From Octopus sinensis (taxonomy: Eukaryota), in the NCBI RefSeq assembly GCF_006345805.1, contig NW_021829517.1, forward strand, positions 1 through 5,976: 5,976 bases of DNA, in the 5' to 3' direction. The translations under genes were made by a program, and so were the position numbers. Shown here piece by piece: positions 1 to 5,211 of the stretch. Positions within the stretch are counted from its first letter, which is position 1, and each line of letters starts with the position of its first letter. Under the pieces are notes generated by a model. It saw only the letters and a program-made list of their open reading frames with translations. It did no database searches and was not told the origin of the DNA.

Positions 1-318
1 AGACCTGATATAATGATTTGAGATAGAGAAGAGAAATTGTGGGCAGTTGTGGAAATTAGCTGTCCAGCGGATGTCCGGAAGAGAACATCTATGCTAAACT
101 ATTAAGAAATCTTCGGTTACTCTATCCAGATTACAATTTCAGGTTTATACCAGTTATAATTGGGGCCCTGGGATATGTAACACACTGCGTAAATACCAAT
201 CTTGAGAAATTAGGCTTCTCAAAACCAGAAAGGAGAAAACTAATTCAAAGACTATAGGTTCAGTGCATCACGGGAACCCTAAAAGATCTGTAAAACTTTC
301 CAGAATTTTATCATTTAA
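1..318 (+). pseudogene. Decayed C-terminal restriction-like endonuclease (RLE) domain of an R4/Dong-like non-LTR retrotransposon ORF (3' end of ORF; continues off the left edge)
   Basis: Manual translation. Frame +1 (1-75): RPDIMI*DREEKLWAVVEISCPADV. Frame +3 (78-): EENIYAKLLRNLRLLYPDYNFRFIPVIIGALGYVTHCVNTNLEKLGFSKPERRKLIQRL*VQCITGTLK. A +1 shift then gives ICKTFQNFII* (TAA 316-318). The RPD..D....E...P..K/E..Y catalytic layout plus the IP(V/I)IIGALG motif match R4/Dong-type RLEs. Lesions: TGA 19-21 (probably from TGG), a frameshifting deletion near 76-78, TAG 255-257 (probably from CAG), an extra A near 281-284. Confidence 0.8.
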
Positions 319-363
319 ATATGTATAAGCATGTCTAGATATGCAAATGCATGCATGAGAGTA

Positions 364-772
364 TACTCTTTACTTGTTTCAGTCATTTGACTGCGGCCAT
401 GCTGGAGCACCGCCTTTAGTCGAGCAAATCGACACCGGAACTTATTCTTTGTAAGCCCAGTACTTACTCTACTCTATCGGTTTTGCCGAACCGCTAAGTG
501 GCGGGGACGTAGACCACCACATCATTTGTCAAGCAATGCTAGGGGGACAAACACAACAACACACACAAACACATACACCACATAATATTATTATATATAT
601 ACATATATACGACAGGCTTTTTTCAGTTTCCGTCTACCAAATCCACTCCCAAGGCATTGGTCGGCCCGGGGCTATAGCAGAAGACACTTGCCCAAGATGC
701 CACGCAGTGGGGCTGAACCCGCAACCATGTGGTTGGTTAGCAAGCTACTTACCACACAGCCACTCCTGCGCC
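364..772 (-). mobile_element. tRNA-derived SINE, full length (octopus-type SINE with CORE-like motif and internal microsatellite)
   Basis: Reverse complement starts GGCGCAGGAGTGGCTGTGTGGTAAG. Pol III A box TGGCTGTGTGG (752-762), B box GGTTCAGCCC (710-719), CORE-like ATCTTGGGCAAGT, internal TA/TG simple repeat (~550-610), 3' module ending CAGTCAAATGACTGAAACAAGTAAAGAGTA. Aligns by eye along its whole length with the copy at 2858-3316 (roughly 90% in the 5' half). Confidence 0.9.
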
Positions 773-850
773 TATACATAAAAGTATATACATAAAATAA
801 AACATACAAATCTGCACATATACATACATACATGCATACTTGCATACATA
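773..850. repeat. Degenerate (TACA)n/(CATA)n simple repeat
   Basis: Repeated TACATA/CATA units directly beside the SINE 5' end. Confidence 0.7.
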
Positions 851-965
851 AATAGAAAAATACCCTCGTGTTGATGTTGAAATTCCAATGACGGCGCCTT
901 GGATCTAGATTAGAAACCGACTCTTTCTCTAATGGCAAGAAATCTTGAAATAAAGCTGAATAATG

Positions 966-1055
966 ACATACATATGATTACAAGCATACACACACATGCA
1001 CATATATTGTGTGTGTGTCTGTGTGTCTGTGTGTCTGTGTGTATGCATGTGTGCT
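966..1055. repeat. Compound (CA)n / (TG)n / (TGTGTC)n microsatellite
   Basis: CATACACACACATGCACATATATTGTGTGTGTGTCTGTGTGTCTGTGTGTCTGTGTGTATGCATGTGTG read directly. Confidence 0.8.
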
Positions 1056-1259
1056 GGTGAGTCAATGCTGTAACATGTGGTTATGGTTAATAAGCATATA
1101 TTTAAGTTCACTGCGAGAAATATAAGGCGTAAATAAGCTACCAGAGCTTCGGCAGTTAAGGGTAGACGAGTCTTGGCATTTTTACTGTTATGTCAGATAT
1201 CACCAGTCTCGCCTTTCAAATGTAGAAGCTTGTGTGTCTTATACGCGCCAGAAATTCTC

Positions 1260-1389
1260 ATATATATATATATATACATTCCTTTATGACATATATTTCA
1301 CACTATTTCCGTATACATATTTATTAATAACCCACCACACCGTAAGGATTGTGTTTATATGTGCGCATATCTATCTAGCAATCTATCTA

Positions 1390-1475
<86 letters not shown>

Positions 1476-1600
1476 ATATATATATATATATAAACATAAA
1501 TACATGCATCATATATATATCCATACATGTATGTATACATACATATATATGTATATATATATAATATGTATATATATACATAAATATATATGTATTTATA

Positions 1601-1631
<31 letters not shown>

Positions 1632-1632
1632 T
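1260..1632. repeat. Compound microsatellite block: (TA)n, (ATCT)n with 21 perfect units at 1390-1473, (TA)n, (TACA)n
   Basis: Read directly. It explains the YLSI/YI-rich ORF 1234-1635. Confidence 0.9.
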
Positions 1633-1696
1633 TGAAGCTGAGAGTTCTTTGAGAGGAAGAAGAGTGTCAAGTATATATTAAATAAACCTGAGAGCT

Positions 1697-1857
1697 GAAG
1701 GAAGGAAGGAAGGAAGGATGAAGAAGAGAAGAAGAAGAAGAAGAAGAAGAAGAAGAAGAAGAAGAAGAAGAAGAAGAAGAAGAAGAAGAAGAAGAAGAAG
1801 AAGAAGAAGAAGAAGAAGAAGAAGAAGAAGAAGAAGAAGAAGAAGAAGAAGAAGAAG
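1697..1857. repeat. Polypurine tract: (GAAG)5 followed by (GAA)43 (perfect at 1728-1856)
   Basis: Read directly; only one pyrimidine (T1719) in 161 nt. Confidence 0.97.
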
Positions 1858-1931
1858 GCAGAGGAATAAATTAGATAGACGTAAATTATAATATAGAGGT
1901 TGTTGGTGTGGTTGTCCGTATGACTGTAGAA

Positions 1932-1958
1932 GGCGGCGGCGTTGGTGGTGGTGGTGGG
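1932..1958. repeat. (GGC)3GTT(GGT)4GGG short trinucleotide repeat
   Basis: Read directly. Confidence 0.8.
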
Positions 1959-2115
1959 ACGAAAGAAATTTCTCGTTTATTTTACGGAGAAATATTCTCA
2001 GATTTCATTTTTATACGTGTTTTTGTCAATTCTCTTCCTAAAGACTTTCCTATTTACGATTTCATTAACTGTGTCGGTCCCTTTTGCAGCAACAACAGCA
2101 AAAGTGTGAGTTTAA

Positions 2116-2160
2116 TGCGAGTGGATTTGGTAGACGGAACTGAAAGAAGCCTGTCGTATA
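2116..2160 (+). mobile_element. Internal fragment of the same SINE family (end of the 5' module), running into (TA)n
   Basis: TGCGAGTGGATTTGGTAGACGGAACTGAAAGAAGCCTGTCGTATA matches TGTGAGTGGATTTGGTAGACGGAAACTGAAAGAAGCTGTCATATA (~2976-3020) and the reverse complement of ~606-652. Confidence 0.85.
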
Positions 2161-2174
2161 TATATATATATATA

Positions 2175-2237
<63 letters not shown>
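2157..2237. repeat. (TA)n microsatellite
   Basis: About 40 TA units with two small interruptions. Confidence 0.95.
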
Positions 2238-2239
2238 CC

Positions 2240-2334
2240 AGAGAAGCACATAAATGCGAAACAAGGTGGAAAAATAGTAGTCGAATACCGGAGGTAGCGT
2301 ACGATGCTTTATTAATGAAGCTTCAAAACATTAC
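2240..2334 (-). repeat. Left arm of a ~95-bp inverted repeat (inverted, 5'-truncated copy of the sequence downstream of the hammerhead at 3551-3596)
   Basis: The reverse complement aligns to 3598-3694 with 6 differences in 98 columns (~94%), including perfect runs of 26 and 31 nt. Confidence 0.95.
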
Positions 2335-2362
2335 CTTGCGCTACCCTGCGCCTATGTGTAAT

Positions 2363-2380
2363 TATATATATATATATATG

Positions 2381-2414
<34 letters not shown>

Positions 2415-2424
2415 ATAGATATAT
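2363..2424. repeat. (TA)n microsatellite
   Basis: Read directly; interrupted. Confidence 0.9.
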
Positions 2425-2784
2425 CACCCACTTTGATCTGTTTTTTGTATTGAATACGTATCGCCACCGTGGGCCACTGCATCGAACACTTTAACATATA
2501 CTTCAAACTATATATCAACTATACGAACTATATATGAACTATACATGAACCTCTAAGATGTCTGACTCCGTTGTGTATTATAAATGAATTTTCTTGTGTT
2601 TGACGGCATAGCTGTCTCTTTTTTATATATAACTTTTTTTGATAAGGTTCATTTCAGGAACTGAAACATGTTATAAAGTGTATATATATAAAAATTAAAA
2701 ATTGTATAATACAGCAGCATTGTTCGAACTTCATTTTTTACAATATATACCTACTCGTATACGAACTAATCCTATTATAAATAA

Positions 2785-2853
2785 TATATATATATTATTA
2801 TATATATATATATATAGATATATATATATATATACTATATATATATATATATA
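2785..2853. repeat. (TA)n microsatellite at the SINE 5' flank
   Basis: Read directly; interrupted. Confidence 0.9.
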
Positions 2854-2857
2854 CATA

Positions 2858-3316
2858 GGCGCAGGAGCGCTGTGTGGTAAGTGCTTGCTAACAAACAAAT
2901 GGTTCCGGGTTCAGTCCCACTGCGTGGCATCTTGGGCAATTGTTCTTCTGCTATAGCCCCGGGCCGACCATGCCTTGTGAGTGGATTTGGTAGACGGAAA
3001 CTGAAAGAAGCTGTCATATATATGTATATATATATTATGTGTGTGTGTGTGTGTGGTGTTTGTGTTGTGTGTGTGTGTGTGTGTGGTGTGTGCGTGTGTA
3101 ATGTGTTTTGTGTGTCTGTGTTTGTCCCCCTAGCATCGCTTGACAACAATGCTGGTGTGTTTACGTTCCCGTCACTTAGCGGTTCGGCAAAAGAGACCGA
3201 TAGAATAAGTATTGGGCTTACAAAGAATAAGTCCCGGGGTCGAGTTGCTCGATTAAAGGCGGTGCTCCAGCATGGCCGCAGTCAAATGACTGAAACCAGT
3301 AAAAGAATAAAAGAAT
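2858..3316 (+). mobile_element. tRNA-derived SINE, full length, second copy
   Basis: Starts GGCGCAGGAG. The A box is damaged (AGCGCTGTGTGG); B box GGTTCAGTCC 2908-2917; CORE-like CTTGGGCAA 2931-2939; internal (TA)/(TG)n ~3016-3115; 3' module with hairpin CAGTC-AAAT-GACTG 3279-3292 and tail GTAAAAGAATAAAAGAATA. (TA)n lies on both sides. Confidence 0.92.
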
Positions 3317-3550
3317 ATATATTATATATATATATATATGAGTAACAAAGAGGTACCGGTGTCAATCCATTACGGCCGTTTCCAACAACTCCTTTAATTG
3401 CAAGAATACCATATGGCTGGCACTAATGCACCCAGTCTGATATTCACTGAATATTGTTGAGTATTCATGTTACTCAGACTTAACAAGGAGCCTCAATTTA
3501 AGTACCTAATTCAACTAAATCTTAATTGCATTTGATATATATTCTAAACG

Positions 3551-3596
3551 AAAACCGTCCGACGAACGGGAACGTGAAACTCTGAGTAACAGTTTT
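3551..3596 (+). ncRNA. Minimal type I hammerhead ribozyme fold (variant core CCGACGA); predicted cleavage 3' of A3588 (GUA triplet)
   Basis: Stem I AAAACCGU 3551-3558 / ACAGUUUU 3589-3596 (7 of 8 pairs). Core CCGACGA 3559-3565. Stem II ACG-ggaa-CGU 3566-3575. GAAA 3576-3579. Stem III ACUC-u-GAGU 3579-3587 (quasi-palindrome). H17 = A3588. Confidence 0.8.
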
Positions 3597-3597
3597 T

Positions 3598-3694
3598 GTA
3601 ATGTTTTTGAAGCTTCATTAATAAAGCATCTTACGCTACCTCCGGTATTCGACTACTATTTTCTCTCACCTTGTTTCGCATTTAGTGCTACTCT
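3598..3694 (+). repeat. Right arm of the inverted repeat; 3' segment of the hammerhead-bearing repeat (PLE pseudo-LTR-like), abutting (TA)n
   Basis: ~94% identical to the reverse complement of 2240-2334; followed by (TA)n at 3699. Confidence 0.9.
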
Positions 3695-3698
3695 TATC

Positions 3699-3730
3699 TA
3701 TATATATATATATATATATATTATAGAGAG

Positions 3731-3762
<32 letters not shown>

Positions 3763-3919
3763 CAGAGACATAGACAGAGAGAGAGTTGTATTATTTGATA
3801 GAGATAGATAGATAGGATGATAGAGATAGTATAGATAGATAGATAGATAATATAGATTAGATAGATATAGATAGATAGATATGCATGTGTGTGTATAATA
3901 TATATATATATATATATAC
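3699..3919. repeat. Compound microsatellite: (TA)n 3699-3720, (AG)n/(AGAC)n 3725-3785, (GATA)n 3797-3881, TG/TA 3882-3919
   Basis: Read directly. It explains the ORFs 3666-3935 and 3721-3990. Confidence 0.92.
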
Positions 3920-4332
3920 ACCAGGGACATGCCACCTATGAGGCAAGTTAGGTATTGCTTGCCTTGAATAAAATAAATCGATAGTACCATTTTCCTCTCA
4001 TGGCAAAATCTGGACTAATTCAACAAAATTATGAGGGCTACTCTGATCACTGTGCATAAAATGCAAAATGTTTTCTTTTTTTTTGTTTTTTTTGTAGATT
4101 AGGTCGGCATAATTTGTCCCTTCCTTTCAATTTGCTGTAGTACATGTGCTGCGTACGCTCCTACAACAACGTTTTCTTTGCTATAAAGCCAGAAATAGAC
4201 CTGCCTTCAACTCAGTCATTCGTCTGTGTTTCGCTTATTTTTGGTGTTTTACTACATAAAGGTCGCCAACTGCCTACCCCGAGTATTTACTGACGACACT
4301 GGTGTGTGTGTGAATACCACCACGACACTGGA

Positions 4333-4590
4333 CACACACACACACTACTACTCAACAAACGCTGGCACGCTACATACGCCGCCACCCCTTCCCCTCCCTC
4401 CCTTCCTCCTTCCTTCTTTTTCTACTAACTGACCTTTGTCTGCTAAGCTGACCACTATCTCGCCCTACCTCACACGCCTACACACAGACGCAACACTAAC
4501 ACACACATATATATTTTTTTGTTTTTTCATCTCGCCTCACACACACACATACACACACGCACACGCACACACTCACCATACACACACATC
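4333..4590. repeat. (CA)n-rich and pyrimidine-rich low-complexity sequence, possibly part of the PLE pseudo-LTR/UTR
   Basis: CA runs at ~4333-4345 and ~4480-4590, and a C/T tract at ~4385-4423. The assignment to the PLE is inference only. Confidence 0.6.
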
Positions 4591-4756
4591 TGTTGCGTTA
4601 CCAACTTGTCTCCACTCTCTTGCTTTAAAAACCCACTTTGCTCTGTTTTCGTAAACATCCGCCTTTCACCATGTGCAACTCGTAAACACCAGTCGTCTTT
4701 TTTCTCTTTCCCTTTGCCCGCTCTGGGATCTTTCTTTCCTCTCTCTTCCTTCTTAT

Positions 4757-4791
4757 GTTTCCGACGAAGAGCTCCGCTCGAAACGTCATAC
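4757..4791 (+). ncRNA. Second minimal type I hammerhead ribozyme fold (CCGACGA core, extra A after A9, loop-less palindromic stem III); predicted cleavage 3' of C4787 (GUC triplet)
   Basis: Stem I GUUU 4757-4760 / AUAC 4788-4791 (3 of 4 pairs, one U-U). Core CCGACGA 4761-4767. Extra A4768. Stem II GAGC-ucc-GCUC 4769-4779. GAAA 4780-4783. Stem III is the palindrome ACGU 4783-4786. C17 = 4787. It lies ~420 nt upstream of a PLE-like ORF. Confidence 0.7.
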
Positions 4792-5211
4792 CTCCCTGCT
4801 TCCTTTTCCTGAGCGCCTATTAATAATAATACTGTAATTGTTCCATTGTTGTTGTTTTTTTGTTTCCCGTTTGGATTAAAATTATACCACTGCGCGCCTA
4901 CACGGACCCCTTGTACCTTGGATACCAACTCCCGGATTTTTTGCACCTACGGATTATTGTTACCATTCTTCCTGACCTACGGATCACCCGCAACCTTCTC
5001 CGGAGTACCACCATTACCGTGATTGAAAATCATTACCTAATCTGTCCGTTGACTCTCAAATCTCTTTCCTGACTTTTTCAACTTTTTTCAACTTTTTTCT
5101 ATTGTTTTCAAACCGTCTTCACCCGTTTCTTCTTTCGTTGTTTTCCTGTTGTCTCTCCTTTTCCCTGTTTCGCCACCACCCACCTTTACCTGTTTGCCAC
5201 CACTTCTCATC

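Noticed and set aside
351-788. Possible 15-bp target-site duplication of SINE 1 (ATGCATGAGAGTATA 351-365 versus ATACATAAAAGTATA 774-788)
   Set aside because: Only 12 of 15 bases match, in low-complexity AT-rich sequence, and the left copy overlaps the SINE tail; chance cannot be excluded.
879-927. Hammerhead-like layout CCAATGA ... GAAACCGACTC
   Set aside because: The core would need a G5A change, stem II does not close next to the core, and no stem I forms directly before the core. It could be a decayed repeat end but is not supportable as a ribozyme.
1390-1857. Tandem arrays considered as CRISPR-like or satellite units
   Set aside because: They are plain 2-4 nt microsatellites without spacers, in a eukaryotic context.
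3340-3550. Possible GIY-YIG C-terminal coding remnant upstream of the first hammerhead
   Set aside because: The three forward frames contain stops and show no recognisable motif by eye.
3941-3964. 7-bp hairpin AGGCAAG/CTTGCCT, and a similar CTTTTGC/GCAAAAG near 2082-2104
   Set aside because: Stems this short are expected by chance in 6 kb and have no supporting context.
4070-4100. Poly-T tract ending in TGTAG, resembling a splice acceptor
   Set aside because: No convincing open exon or donor site follows; it could equally be an antisense poly-A remnant.
4290-4320. CTGACGA, a canonical hammerhead core heptamer
   Set aside because: It is followed by GAAT rather than GAAA, and no compatible stem III, NUH triplet or stem I can be built.
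536-4946. ORF-track ORFs between 536 and 4946 (YI/YLSI/HT/CV/SL-rich peptides)
   Set aside because: They are translations of microsatellites, SINE sequence or the antisense strand of low-complexity DNA, with no protein-like motifs.
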